Source: Cystobasidiomycetes sp. EMM_F5 (taxonomy: Eukaryota). Taken from it: a stretch of DNA of 64,000 nucleotides. Shown in pieces: positions 15,300-31,182 of the stretch. Every line of letters starts with the position of its first letter. Within the stretch, counting starts at the first letter, position 1. The notes under the pieces are model-generated. The model was not told where the DNA came from. It did no database searches and saw only the letters and a list, made by a program, of their open reading frames with translations. The stretch is from positions 248,001 to 312,000 of the forward strand of contig JBPGPT010000009.1 of NCBI GenBank assembly GCA_051047955.1. The letters run 5' to 3'. Position numbers and translations under genes: made by a program.

Positions 15300-15534
15300 T
15301 GTTCTGCTGATGTGCCGGGATATTGAACGAGCTCGATTGGCGGCAGTGGAGCTCATTTACGCGATGCAGCAAGAAGCGAGACTTGGTTGCAGGGCGACTT
15401 TGTGCCAAACTGACAGTATGACAGTTCTGAGTTGAAGCGGAAGAGCAGAGCAGAACATACAGCTGACTAGTGCAGCCTTACTCGAAGAAGCTCTTACCGA
15501 ACATGCATCTAGCAGCGTATATCGGCAAGAAAGA

Positions 15535-17366
15535 ATGGGCGTCAAAGGATTGGCGACACATCTCAAACGCGCAGTCCCAGAAGCACTTCGGACAGTTCAA
15601 CTCAGCAGTCTATCGAACAGGGCTGTAGCGATTGACGGCAATGTCCTGACTCTCCGCTTCCACCATTCTGCCGAATCCGACCACGTAAATCGTCATATTC
15701 TCAACTGGTACCGCTTTGCTAGACGACTGCGCACAACATACAATATCCGACCCATCGTCGTCTTTGACGGAGCCAACCGAGTCTCAGCAAAGCAGAGGGA
15801 ACTCGAACGGAGGTACAGAGCGAGAGCGCTCCTATCGGGCAGAGCAGAGAGCGAACAGGCTAGAGTAGATCGCCTCACCGGTCTGCACGATGTAGTCGAG
15901 CATCTGCATCAACAACCGATTGACGTGGGAAATCGGATCCTTTCCCAGACGGTGGCGTTGATTGAGGAGACTGCCAGGACAGGCATACCTCTAGCCCCGA
16001 TTGATCCATCCGACGATACCGCTGACGTCGGAGTACGATTGGCGACCCTCGTTCTCGACTCCCAAGCCAAAGCTGCATACGAAACGTCAGAGCCAGGAAG
16101 ACTATCGAAACGTCAGATTAGTATAGCCCAAAATGAAGCAAAAGCCTTTGTGCAAGCTCTGTCTTATCGTGTGGATCCGGCTCTTGAAAAACCGCCGACC
16201 CTAGTAAGAGAAGCCAGTGCGGAAGAGACTGGAGCGAAAGTCGCAGAGCAAGTGACGGAAGATGCGATTCCATCCACAGGCGTTCACCCACGTCAGGAGG
16301 ACGAGCAAGTGGAGGAGCAAATCGGGATCGGGTTGGTTGAGGCAGACAAAGATGAGGACAAGTTGGTCGTGGCCCCTCAGACAGAGGATCTCGAAGAAGA
16401 AACAATCACAGGGGCTTTAGAAGATCTCAAGGCGCTTTTGAGCGAGTCCAAATATGTTGCTCAGAATTATGCCAAACGCGCCTCGACTGTTTCGAAGCAG
16501 ACATATACGGACTGTATGGTAAATCACATTTTATTGTGTCCGCCATGCTGTACAGTGAGAGAAGCTGATGCGATACGATTTCATAGGAAGTCTTGAAAGC
16601 CATGGGCATACCGGTGTTGCTAACGTCGAGCACCGAACCTGCAGAAGCCGAAAACCTCTGTTCATCACTTGTAGCAGCAGGATATGCGGATGCTGTGATT
16701 TCTGAAGATACGGACGTATTGGTGTTCGAAGCCCCGCTGTTGAGAGGTCTTGGCGTTTCGAGTCGCGAAGGTCAGTTGATCCATGGACGCGAAGTCCGCG
16801 AGAAGCTGGGTTTCACGACAGAAGAGTGGATCCAGTTTTGCCTATTGTTAGGCTGCGACTTCACGGACCGCATCAAAGGGTAAGTAGCTGGAAACCGCAC
16901 CTCTGTCTGCATGGAAGTTGTCGTAAAGCTGATGTAACGTTCCCACAGTGTCGGACCAGTCAACGCAGAGAAACTCATCCGACAATACGGTTCCATTTCG
17001 GAAGCCATCAATGCCGGAGCGTTTGACAAAATCGCGAAGAGCGGCATCAGCCCGGGCTATATGGACGAAATTGAAGCAGCGCGAGCGATTTTCCTATCCC
17101 CAATATCAGTATCAGGTTACACGTCCGAAAACTTTCGATTGAAACCGGAAGATCCTGGCCTGATCAACACGCTCAAAGGCTTTGGACTGGATGGCGGAGC
17201 TCTGCAGATGGCACTCATCGACAACTTTGCGAATCTGGGTGATGGCGATTATGAGCTCGATAGGAGAACTAGTTCCGATATCTTCGGAAGCGGCACGTTG
17301 AGTGATTCACCCATCATCCCTGGCGGCGTATATGCACCATATCCGAGTACTTTGCACAGAACATGA
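15535..17366 (+). CDS. XPG/FEN1-family (PIN-like) 5' nuclease
   Basis: MGVKGL, AIDGN, VVFDG, EAENLC, SEDTDVLVF, and H3TH motif LLGCDFTDRIKGVGP. Confidence 0.9.
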
Positions 17367-17482
17367 GCCATGAGTGACAGTAGAATCAGCAGTCAATGCA
17401 GTCCCTCCTGTTGTTGGCGAAGTTAGCGAGAATCCAGATATACAACGATGTCGACAAAGGCCGGATCTAGCCTGCTAAGTTA

Positions 17483-18278
17483 TCAGCGAATAGTGGTTTG
17501 AGCCGGGCCATACTGCTCCTTCAGTTCTTGCACGATACTGTCCGCCGTGTTCTGCGCTCCGACAGCAATTTGATCTCCCTTCGCCTTCTGATACGACCTT
17601 GATTCACCTTTGAAGCCGAGATAGTATAATCTTTGCTTAGCTGGACGGAACGAGTGCTGTTGGCGTGTCAGGATCGTCCAGAGACCGCTGGTACTAATGC
17701 CGACTTACCAGATAAACTGTCACATTGGAGACATTACTGAATCTTGCTATCCTTACAGGGTAGTCGATACACCCCCTCTCTCCGTCCAGTAGACGAAATT
17801 CTTGATCCGGCTTGATATCAGACTGCTGCGCCTCGTCCAGACTGGGCGGGTCTACCCTATTGACCCAGACTTTGCAATTGTCTATCCGTTCGTCGCCAGT
17901 CGCTGCGGTAATCATGATTTGTTTGATGCGAACGACATCGCTGAAGGCGACAGTCATGAGCATTCCGTACTCGTCATCGTCGTCTATGGTGGTAAGGGAG
18001 CTATCGTCGTCCGTTTCGTTGCGAGTGTCATTGGCTCGCAGAACGATTGATGGCAGCGAGGCAGAGGAAGTCGACGTGGAAGCAATGTTTGAGCCATAGC
18101 AGCGATCTTGATGGATCAATGGGAAGAGATTCTTGGATGTGGAAGTGCCAGCGACCCGTTGGAGCGTACTCGTAGACAGCGTATCCAGGTCGGCGGATGT
18201 AAGTTCGGACTCCTGCTTCACAACTCAGCGAGTGCACGTCCCACGTCGTGAACCTTTTCAATGACATACGCAGGACAT
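17483..18278 (-). CDS. PITH-domain protein (PITHD1-like)
   Basis: Tiny first exon (MSC), then DDDEYGMLMTVAFSDVVRIKQI, YPVRIARFSNVSNVTVY, and LYYLGFKGE. Confidence 0.82.
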
Positions 18279-18707
18279 CTGTGGGCGGTGGATCTGCAGA
18301 CTGCGTCAAGGCTTTGTTATGGACTAGAAGCCAAGAAGCGTACGCAATCCTAGATTTGACAGAGATTGCCACTGAGTGCTAGCGGTTACGAGTACAGCGT
18401 CTTTGGTAGAGAAGCAGCAATCTGGTACATGAATGGCTGCCTACGCGTGGCTTAGGCCTCCTTAGCTCAAACACCGACCCAATCTACGCGCATCGACTTC
18501 GCAAATGGGCGAAGCACGTGCAGCCGTCTTCTGGCGATCCCGACAGGAACGCATGAACGTCATACGAAATGGCTGTTTATTCCTCCCAAACAGCCTTTTG
18601 GTCTTTGATTTATGCCTAAGTAAATGCGATTGAGCCTACTCTTGACTTTACGACGAGCACAGCCAACCTTGTCAGCACCGAATTCCTCATATCTTGCCTT
18701 CTCCATC

Positions 18708-19850
18708 ATGACCAAGAGCGCCAAAGACAAGGTTAGTAAACAGAAGTAGATCAGCTGCAAAATCCTGACCACTGCACTGTTCTCGGTCGTAAAGTATACT
18801 GATCCAGGTAAGGCTAGGCAACTACACACGCGACCGCCGCAAACAAGCGTAATGCCTGATTTGTTGATTTCAGAACTCCGGGATAAAATCAAGGAAGAAG
18901 TCCAAGCGGGCGATAAAGGCGGCGAGCCTGGCCAATGGTTCGTTCTTTGTCCGACAGACTTAAACCGTGCAACGGCTGATACACTTCCCGCAGGAGTGCT
19001 AGAAAAGGTTTGATTCAGTGTCGCTTATTGATGAACGTCATGCGCTGACGGGCTTACCAATATCAGCTCAAATGATGGCAAAAGAGTACAAGGCCGCCGG
19101 TGGAGGCTACAAGGACGATAAGAAGGATGAGAAAGCTAAGCACCTCGATAAGTGGACCGAGGAGGACTGGCAGACCAGTCAGTTAGCTTCTATTGCTGTA
19201 GATAGCGGCCAAGCTGAAAAGTCTCTACTGCAGAGGACGGCGACGGAGATGCACGAACTGAGGAAGGCACGCATCGTTACTTGCCGAAGCGAGCCTGGGA
19301 GCAGATGACGGAAGAAGAGAAGGAGGCCACCGACAAAGAGAAGATGAAGGGTTCCAACAAGGGCGAGCAATACGTACCCAATACGCCAAAAGCGAAGAAG
19401 GCTCGTAAGGCGGTATCGGACGAGGATGAGGACGACAATGATGAGAACAATGACGATGATGGCGCTGAAGTAGAAGTAGAGGTTGAAGAAGATGCAGAGG
19501 AAGGTGACGATGACGATGAAGCAGAGTACGTGGAAGAAGACGAGGATGATGAGGGGGACAGCAAGAAAAAGGCTGCCTCCACCTCCTCGAAAGCCGCTTC
19601 TAGCAAACAAGCCAACAAGAGTAAGGCAGCTAAGCCCAAGCCAACAAAGAGCAAAGGTAAAGCAAACGCCACTTCTGCAAAAGCGGGTAAGCCTGGCAGC
19701 GGGTCCAAGACTAAACAAAGCAAAAAGATGGCGAAAGACGATGATTCGGAAGAGAGTGAAGAAGAGCCGTATATAGAGGAGGACGAAGAAAGCGAGTCGT
19801 CTGAAGCAGCCGATGATGACGAGTTCGATCCAGACAATCAGAAAGTGTAG
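18708..19850 (+). CDS. Conserved hypothetical protein (DUF5872-like) with acidic and Lys-rich low-complexity tail
   Basis: Micro-exons splice to KYTDPELRDKIKEEVQAGDKGGEPGQWSARKAQMMAKEYKAAGGGY..KWTEEDWQT..RYLPKRAWEQM. Confidence 0.75.
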
Positions 19851-19871
19851 GATTGCGATTCCAGCTATGGT

Positions 19872-20703
19872 TTAGGGTTTTACGCGTATCCTCATCCTGG
19901 ACAATCCAATACCCATCTCTATCGCTGCTTGTACACCGTCAATAACGGGGATATGTTTGTTGACCTTTTCTCGGATCGCAATTTCCATACCTCCGGTCAT
20001 TGGAGCCATACCCTGCGAGTGGCAGATAATCAGTCAAAGGCCGTCGACACTTGAGGAAGCTCACGGCACAGCCGAGCACGATGGCTTCGGCGCCTTGCTC
20101 GACCAGGTGTAATGCCGCACCGAGCAAAGCAGTCTCTGCGTTGTTGCCGTGAAGACTTAGAGCGTCAAAGCCCGTTCCTCGAACTCCAGATATACGCGAG
20201 TCGGCGATACCTAGTGTTCTTAGATGCTCGACAAACAGTGGCTCCCACTGACGTCCTGTCGTTGCGATGCCGAAAGTACGGGCTACCTGTAAGGCTGCAT
20301 TTACAGCTGAATCGAAAATACCCAGAACTGGCGGCTGAGTCGGAACAGCGGGTAGACACTCCCTCAGAGCAGGCTGCAGAGGGTGTGCAGAGAAGCATGC
20401 CACAATGACGGCGGAATATGTTTGCGAAATGTACGGGTTTCGGTCTTTGACATCTCTAGCTGTTAATCCTAAATCTTGCAAGATGACCGCCGTAGATAGG
20501 ATGCCATCGTGCACTCCATCGATGCTCGCGGGAGCTGTAGATGGCGCCGTGTAAAAATCAATCCGCACTTCGCTAGGAACCCTGGATTTCAGATAGTCCA
20601 CCGTTTCTTTCGTAAAGTGGAGACTGCTGTTGGGGTTGATGTAGAGGAGGCGGATGGGCGCATTCTCGCCTCCGAGAGAGTCATGGATGTTGATACTCGA
20701 CAT
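19872..20703 (-). CDS. Asp/Glu/hydantoin racemase family protein (Dcg1-like)
   Basis: LYINPNSS, APASIDG, VACFSAHP, spliced VLGCAGM, and PVIDGVQAA; both family Cys motifs are present. Confidence 0.9.
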
Positions 20704-21006
20704 GGAGTGTGTATATGGAGTAGAGCCGTGATGGGATCACTAGTCACAGTAACATATATGATTAGATGCCTGACCCGAGTCTCGCCCGACTCTGCACTAT
20801 CGCTCGATGCCGGATGTTGTGTAGAGCGAGCCTGGTTACGTCTGTAGCATAGCAGGCGTAGGGGTTGCACAATTTCGGAGCCGCTTCAGCACAAATGTCG
20901 GACAAGTCCAAGCTGTCAGCTGTTCAGTTGAGCGTACGATCGTGCCGTCTGTCAGGGTTGGCCTTTCGCAGACGCAGTCAGCTCCGGATGATTCTGACGA
21001 GCAGCC

Positions 21007-23401
21007 ATGCCAGCTGAGGCTGCAGCAGTCCGCCAAACTCAGCGAGCTCCAAAACGGTGCGACCATAATTCCCTGCTTTTCCCAGGCTGCAACTGCTGCT
21101 GATTTCAGATTGAACTGTCTGCATGACATCCTGACGATGCAGATGCCTGGCGTGCACCAAGGTTGGCTGGTGCATGTCTGCAAATACAGTGCTAGTGCTG
21201 AGCGTCGACCGCCTTCTCTACCCATCCCCATACCCTCAATAGCGAAAGCAGCGATGTGACGGAAATGTGCCATGCTCGTACTGCGTGACGAGGAACATAG
21301 GATCAACATGCAGACGCGAAACAGTCATCGTCAAAGGCCGTCTGGTCCCAGGAGTGGATTCAGACTCGTCACTCGCTTCGACAAGTACACCGGAAATATA
21401 TTCCCCGCAGCCCGACGACGCGCTGTCTCAAATCAGGTCACTGCAGCGCGAGAACAGCGAACTTCGTCAAAGACTGGCTGCTCTCAGTCCGAAAGCTTCG
21501 ACAAATAGTCCGACGTCTCCAGGGCCTTCTCTGTCACCGCAGGTAAGCAGATAAAGGGTGTTAGCGTGGACGATATTGACACATCTGACCTTATTTATGC
21601 CATAGACGGATGCAGCAGAAGCCAACGCCAGACGTGCTCCTTCCAATGACCTTACGCGCATGGCGACCCGATTGGGTCTGCTCAACTTTGATCAGTTGCA
21701 AGAAGGGAGCGAATACGAGGTCCTAGATGCCGATGGTGAGCAATGTCTTGTGTTAATTAGCAGAGTACGCTATAAAATTGAATCGCAACATGTCATTCAG
21801 GCATGCTTACGACATCGTCGATTGCTCCTCCGCTATCAACCATCAAGCCAAGCCAAAGCCTGAGTACACAACTAGTGCGCTTTGCTCTGGATGAGTTGGG
21901 ATGGGTCATCTCCATCGTTCCCTGTACTTTTCACATACAACACGATCACTTGTGGCAGATTCCAAGCTTCGACTTTGAACAGCTCGCTGTAAGCCGACCA
22001 GCTTGGACAAGTCTGTACTTGGCCATCCTCTCTTGCGGCCTTGTATATGTGCGGAGCGAACGAGCCAACCTGTGGGGTGTACCGCCAGAGTACAAGTGGT
22101 CTTTGGCCAGAGCTTGGTTTGACGCAGCAATAAAGATTATGAGCGATGGATCCTTGTGCTTGCTCAAACCAAATCTGGTTTTCTTGCAAACATTCTGCGT
22201 CCTCACGCTCGTAACGCAGCCATTTGAGTAAGTTTGCTTTTTTTGCTTGTATCGGCTGTCGGCGCTTACCTTGCTAGTTGCTGACTCCATCGCCAGCTGT
22301 TCGACTTTGCACGACACTTTGCTCGCTGCGATGCTGAGACACGCATACGCCTTGCGACTCAACAAGTTGCGAGACAATCCGTCTAGAAGCCTGGCCTGTG
22401 AGATTGGTCGAAGAATATGGGCATTTCTGAGTAACCGCGAGTGGTGAGAGATACCTTCAATTTCAGGGCGGTAACGAGAGGCTCATGACATTGATTGCTA
22501 GCCTCTATGTGACGGAAGGCTGCTCATTCAGCTTGCAGATGTGCGGCGAGGCTAGGCCTTTCGAGGTGTTCCTCAACATAAACGACGAGGCACTATTGAC
22601 GGCGACAGCTGCGATACCTGCACAACCGCTGCCGCTGAGTCAGCCTACCAAGGTATCATATTTGACAGCACAGACACGGTTGTCTGCATTCGTTACAGAC
22701 TTCAACCGTCACCAAGGCATTCCTACTTTCGACGCAGTCTTCATGTACGATGCTACACTCTTACACCTCCTTGACGACATGCCATTCTTCCATCCCCACG
22801 CTGCTACGCAACCAGGAGACCCTGCTTGGCTGCCCACAGGTAAGCGTGCAAGCTTCTGCACTATTTTTTCGAAGCTGATCAAGCGACAGCACGCCATGTT
22901 CTAGCTTTGAGCATTCCTCAGAAGCGGCTCCTGCTGCACCGTCACTACTTTGCGCTGTCAGCCACCGATGCTACCTACATGCCCAGCCGATCAGTATCCA
23001 TTGAGTCGGCACTCGCTATTCTGGCCGAGCGCAGAGTACACGACTTCCCATTCGATGACAAGCTTGACACTCTAAATCATGCTCTGCCGGCTGCGATTGT
23101 TCTGCTTCTGGACGCGCTATACCCTCCTCCCGGTTCAGCAGCCTCATCAGACGCGGTACGGCAACGGTGCGCAGAAGTGGAAGAACTGGTTGCTCCTCTG
23201 AGAGCTGCAGCTGTACGTCATTCGACCGTTGACCTTTCTCGGCGGCTCGCTATGCTGGACGAGCTGCTGCAGTCCACCATGAACGACCTCGCTGCAAAGG
23301 CAGCATCAGCCGACAACGTTGTAGAAAGCGCTTTATCCCGCAGCGGCGACCCAGAGATTCAGTTTAGTGCGATGCTGGAAGAACTAGGCTTTGGTGAGTA
23401 A
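21007..23401 (+). CDS. Zn(II)2Cys6 transcription factor with fungal-specific TF middle region
   Basis: Spliced CLACTKRKQRCDGNVPCSYCVTRNIGSTC, a coiled coil (LQRENSELRQRL), and EIGRRIWAFL. Confidence 0.85.
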
Positions 23402-24062
23402 CGGAACTCAAGATCTGAGCAGAGCTGATGGTCTATATCCAGATTCTCTGCTGGCAGATTCAGGCAATGCCTGGACTCTGGATCCTCTACAGTCATTCAC
23501 AGCACAAGCAGGGCCGTCGAGTTACTTGGGAGATGGAGCATCGTGGCTTCCCGACTTTTAATTGCATTAGCATAGCACATGTTGTTGGCATAGTTTACAT
23601 TGCATCGACGTCTTTTGTGTGGTTCATGATCGAATCGATGCTCAGCCATACTGTTCGTCCGGCCTACTTACTACTGATTGTGATTCCGGCCGAATCGGAG
23701 GCGCAACAGGTATCGCTCGCAAATCATGCATGTATACAGAGTATACGAAAGGGGCTGCAAGTTTATACTGATCCGTGAAATATATATGCCATTGCGGTAG
23801 ATTGCGACTTTGAGACTCACGATTGCACAACCAAGCCTTTCATGCAACCCGTCGTCTCCGCAAATGCGTCCTGAATGCAGTAACAACGCGAGCTCGCAAA
23901 TGATGGCAACTCACCGTGGGCAACAGAACTAATACTCCGAATCTTGTGTACGAAACCTACGGGATGCGGGACTACGTAAATTTGCGCTAGCGAGAAATGC
24001 TTTATCCCGCTTTAACTGCTACACAGCTGGAAAGCCCTCTCACCGCCGAAAAGCAGCACAGA

Positions 24063-26337
24063 TCAGATCTTGATGCCATGCAGCGCCGAAAGTAGCTCGA
24101 AAATGAGATGGCGATATACTTTGATGACAAACTCTTCCGCTTCTTCGGCAAGTACCTGGTATTGATAACGTCAGGGCGCAGAACCACTATGATTGGTGAA
24201 GGGAAATCGCAGATTCTCCACAACTCACCGGTTCGACCTCTTCTGCAAGATCAGCGGGCCCTTTATGAGCGTTCATGTTATCAATGACGGCACTGATCAA
24301 TTCCTCCTCCTCAGAGCCAAGATACTCAACGCATTTCTTCGCCACGAATGGCTGTATCTTATTCCGGATAATATTCTGCCGAACGCAACTTCAGCTTTCA
24401 TGTGAAGAGTGATCAGTGGAAGCTCACCTCATTGAGTTGCTCCCAGTGAACGTTGTATTTCCATAGACCATTCTTATCATTCGGGATACTGCCAACGAGA
24501 TCTTTGAGTTTACGCTGCTTCTTCTGCGCTTTCGTATCCTCGTCTTCATCGTCTGAATAGCTGAGCGGAATAAGTTCCCTCTTCTTCTTGCCGCGATCTT
24601 CATCATCTTCATCAGCGGCGGTGAAGATGGCTGGGGCTTTGGCTTTGAGCTTTTCTTCAGCACGCGTATCGACCGTCGCGCTTCCGACCAGTTTCAATTT
24701 AGTAGGCTCGCCAGATCCTTCCGGCTTGCTCGACGACGCAGACATACTCGCAAACATTTCTGCCTGTCGCGCCAAGAATTGGTCTGATTCTTGTTTGAGA
24801 CGTTCGGCCTCCTCGGCCTCTAGCTCGGCATCGCGCTGGTCTTGCTCCCTCTCCCTTCTGCTAGCCTGTCGCCTTTGATTGCGCCACCGCATCCTAGAGA
24901 TTTCGAGACATCTGTCAGCCGCACTCTTAAGGAGGCTCTGCAGTATCGATTCGTACCTATCAACAATGAATGCCTCATTACCGTTCTCTGCCTCCTCATC
25001 GTCATCAAAATTCCTACATCTGGCCAGCATATCCAGCCGCCGGCGTTCGTCTGCTTGCGTCTCGTTGTGCTTCGATTGTCTGTCTCGATCAACTTGACTC
25101 GATTTGGTCTTTTCCCTGGCTTCCCAGCGCGAGAGCCGTTGTCTATACTGTCTTTCATTGTCCTCATGCTGTCTCTGCTGCCGTAACCTTTCTGCATCTT
25201 CGTCTGAGAGGACGCTACCACTAGGACCAGACGGCGGACCATTCGCAGAGGATGGCACAAATCGTCCCATCGGATCCGATGAAGCAGATCTCGGGGGAGG
25301 AGAAGCCTGACTTCCAAAGCGTCCTCTCTGATCATTTCTCGGCGAATCCGCTCTCGACGAATATTGTGAGCCTTGGGCAGGTAGAGGCTGTCGACCGCTC
25401 GAAGGTACACTTGGTCCAGAAGGTGGCCCACTTCGTCTGAGTGGCTCATCTCTCTCCAATTTTTCTCTTTGTCGCTTATCCTCCGCCTGCTTGGCCGCGG
25501 CCTCCCTCTTTGCGGCACTTTCGCGAAAGAAGGCAATCTCCCTCGTAATAAGTCCTCTCGATTCCTCGGGCAAATCCCCGGGTGCAAGATCTTGAAGGTG
25601 TGCAGGTACACGATATGACCTCGTTCCGTCGGCATTCAGCTCCTCCTCGCCGTCGTCCTGCCCTTCTGTGGGATTTTTACGGATAGCAGCCAATATTTCA
25701 TCCAATTGATCTTTGGCAAATGCCGTTTGATTCTCAATGCGCTGTTGTAGGTGTGTGAGAAAGTCAACCTTAGCTGTTGAACACGAGTCGACAGCTACGC
25801 ACGCTATCCTTCATCCGTGAAGTTTCGTACTCGTCCAGCCTGGCCCGGACTTTTGCGTCTGCTTTGACGGTGAGCGTCTTTTGCTCTCTGTTCTGCCCAA
25901 TAAGGGTGATGCCGTTGAGAAGTTCGAGAGCTCGTAAGACGTGCTCTGCATCGCCGTATTCTACGAATCCAAAAGCTTTCGGTTTTCCGGCAGCATCGCG
26001 CATGCGGTTGATTTTGACAATGTAGCCCACAGTCTGCAAGGTCTCCATTAGTCATTGAGATGTAACAATTGAATGGAATGAGCGGCACCTCGAGTACATC
26101 GTGCAACCGCTTGTCGCTCAGTTCGATGGGAATACCGCTCAGAAAGAGCGAGTACCGCTCACCGCTTGACGATGCCGTAGGTGCAGCTGCAAGATTGGCC
26201 GGAGCTACGTTCTGTGCAGCCCCTTGAGCGCCAATGCCAGCTCTGGGCGGGCCTCGTTGACCATCGTACCCTGACCGAACACATCAGTATACCGTTCCGA
26301 CACTCGTTGCCAAGCAGAACTACCCACCTCCGTACAT
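24063..26337 (-). CDS. SNU71: RRM + PWI splicing factor (RBM25/Snu71 family)
   Basis: RRM RNP1 KAFGFVEY, a charged R/E-rich middle, and PWI segments (LWKYNVHWEQL; PFVAKKCVEYLG; VLAEEAEEFVIKVYR). Confidence 0.88.
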
Positions 26338-26474
26338 GTTGAGCTCAACACCCAAACAGTAGCAGCAGCTGAAGTGCTGACCTCGTTCGAACAGATTCTA
26401 GCAAAAGTTGGGCGTTTGTCAGAATGAGAGGGTGAAAGCCCATGTATATACGGGAATAACGAGGTGCATCATAT

Positions 26475-26714
26475 CTAGTGCGACAAAGTGATTCCCTTCA
26501 ACGTCCAGCCTAACGCAAAGCTAATGCACACTAGGCAGGCCGTGATGGCATACGCTTGCCGTACAATGTGGTTCGTGTAGTCGACCCCATTCAGCGGAGA
26601 GACTATCTCTTGCTTCAGCGTCAGGTTGGCAGGCCTAGCTCGTCGAAATTTGCTCTCGTATTCAGCCATCATGACAGTGCCAGTGATGAGTATCGTGAAG
26701 GTATTGTACCGAGC
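26475..26714 (-). CDS. Possible small protein with C-terminal hydrophobic segment (start uncertain)
   Basis: Open frame after a TAG acceptor-like site, ending in AITACLVCISFALGWTL. No family recognised. Confidence 0.3.
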   Translation of the reverse strand, partial: ARYNTFTILITGTVMMAEYESKFRRARPANLTLKQEIVSPLNGVDYTNHIVRQAYAITACLVCISFALGWTLKGITLSH

Positions 26715-26921
26715 CTATAAGCAGACCGGACACAGCGGCTTTCTAATTGTGTCTGTCGAAAGAGCACAATACTCTCCGGAGAGAAGGGTTGATGTCTTGT
26801 CAACAATATGCGTTGCGTTGAGCAGAGTGCAATTACTTGCTCGCGAGAGCAATGCTGAGACATCGCCATTCCATAGCCATTTGCCACAGTGCCTTTGTCG
26901 TCGGATGTCCCACCCATAAAT

Positions 26922-27458
26922 CTAGACAGCGTCTTCTTTCCAGAGAGATATCTCCTTGTCAGGCGGTCCCTGTGCGCTTGTCGCAAAGTGGCTCTTCCTG
27001 CAAACCCACACCCGGTCGTCGTACACGACCTTGTCATTCTTTGTATATTTCTTATCTAAGTGCGGGTATTTCTGCGGTCGCAGAGCGCTCTCCTCGTCTG
27101 TAGTCGCGGCATTCTCATCCGTCTCGTGCCCGCTCCTCCAAGGAGGGATCGTATCGGATTTGGATTTCGTCCTAGGTTTACGCTTTTTAGCGGAGACTGC
27201 ATCGTGTTTGTTCTTCCACATCCCGCCGTATCTGTAGTATGGGTGGTCTGGTGTCCCGTCTATAGCCCCTCCGCTGACTTCTCGCCAGCACTTGCCAGTG
27301 CAAACGAAATGCCAACGGCCGTCTTTGTCAATTTGACACCGAACAAGCACGTCTTTTGGGTTGTTGCACAAGTCGCACGGCTTGCTGTACTTTGAGTGGC
27401 TTGGTGTGACCGCATCTTGTGGAGCAGCAGTGGTGCTCGAGTCTTCTGCCATATTCAT
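26922..27458 (-). CDS. Hypothetical protein with Cys-rich N-terminal domain and short aromatic C-terminal module
   Basis: Intronless ORF with KPCDLC..LVRCQID..WHFVCTGKCW..YGGMWKNKH and YTKNDKVVYDDRVWVCRKSH. Confidence 0.7.
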   Translation of the reverse strand: MNMAEDSSTTAAPQDAVTPSHSKYSKPCDLCNNPKDVLVRCQIDKDGRWHFVCTGKCWREVSGGAIDGTPDHPYYRYGGMWKNKHDAVSAKKRKPRTKSKSDTIPPWRSGHETDENAATTDEESALRPQKYPHLDKKYTKNDKVVYDDRVWVCRKSHFATSAQGPPDKEISLWKEDAV

Positions 27459-27509
27459 CAATGGGTGCAAAGGAATGACGCAACTTTGCTAAAGACAACC
27501 TGACAAGTC

Positions 27510-27519
27510 ATATATATAT
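27510..27519 (+). promoter_or_regulatory. TATA-like AT run between the divergent hypothetical gene and PDC
   Basis: ATATATATAT lies just before the PDC ATG and ~50 nt from the divergent gene start. Confidence 0.3.
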
Positions 27520-27523
27520 CACA

Positions 27524-29903
<2,380 letters not shown>

Positions 29904-30070
29904 TAGATATGAGGAATAGATAGAAAGACATCCTGTAGCCGCGTGACAGCAGACATCAGAGCTATAATGCCTGTTTGCAGCTGGACCCTGCGCAGAGTGG
30001 CAGCCACTCAGTGGCTAAACATGTTGTCAAAATACCCACCTCACAAAATGACAATTGTTTAAGGCATATC

Positions 30071-31075
30071 ATGGATGATGATACTCGCTCGAGTACTCCC
30101 TTCCCTTCATCCAGCAATGGGCGCCTGGCGCCGCTGCGGGCGTCCAGCAGCTCGGACTTCCTGATAGTGAATCGGGTTGATGGTCCCGGAAAGAGTCTTA
30201 GCCTGCCCCGTCCTCAGCTGTGGTTCCTTCTGCCATCTTTCGGGCTCGTTGATATACTTTGCAGTATCGTTGCAGCCCGGTCGCTTGTCCTTAACCGCAA
30301 TATCGTCCTGCTACTCGGCTGGGGCTGCGCGCGCGCTGCAGCAATCTGCGCGGGAACATGTAGCATACGCATCCGCCAAATGGGATGGGTCGTCGTAGTG
30401 TGTGCTCTCGTGAGACTCAGCGTATCGCGAACTATCGACACAGGCTGACCCGACAAACAGCTGTCAATTTTGGCGGCTTTAGCGGATTTGAACCTGATTA
30501 TACAGAACAGAGCATGGCTCACATCGCCCAGAGGACCACTCATCGCCTACTGCCTGTCACATCTATTCTTCGGCGTGCTTCACTGGGTCGCCTTTGCGGC
30601 TGTCGTCGGAGTGGGCGTCGACCGCAACCCGTATGGACTGGGGCTACGCGCAACGACCTTCCCTGCTTGGCGTGAGGGCGTTTGCGAGGTAGATATATCC
30701 AACGAGGCACACATGACGGACACGAACTCGCCTGAGGCCGTCCACGAGGCGGAGTACGAAGGCTTCGTCTCAAATGTTACCGACTCATTTTCAGACATTG
30801 ACGACGATGCGCCCATTGACGATGCAGTGGATGAGAGCGATACAGACCCGGACGATATCATAGACATCATCCCTTCGCCTTCAGTGGCTCGACATCGCAA
30901 AATATCACAGTCCCGCTCTTTCCGCTCCGTCAGTTCGTTGCGTGCACGCAGGGCCGCAGCGTTTGCAGATGCGGGCGATGAAGATGAGCAAGCACATGGT
31001 CTGAGCACTTCAGAGCTGTCTCCTTTGGCCTCTTCCAAGCAGTACGGCACCTTTCGCAGTCTAGGAGGAATATAA
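30071..31075 (+). CDS. Hypothetical membrane protein with acidic C-terminal region
   Basis: Two-exon ORF with several hydrophobic segments and a D/E-rich tail ending in YGTF. Confidence 0.6.
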
Positions 31076-31182
31076 GGTTGTCATGGTCAAATTCGAGCCA
31101 CTTCGCTCCAGTTTACAAATTATGTAGCATACTGAATGACGATTGTATCGCATTGACGGCGAACTCATGCCATGGAATGCTC

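Noticed and set aside
23428..24000. Possible small spliced gene between the Zn2Cys6 gene and SNU71
   Set aside because: Splice-like signals exist on the minus strand but I could not build a convincing reading frame.
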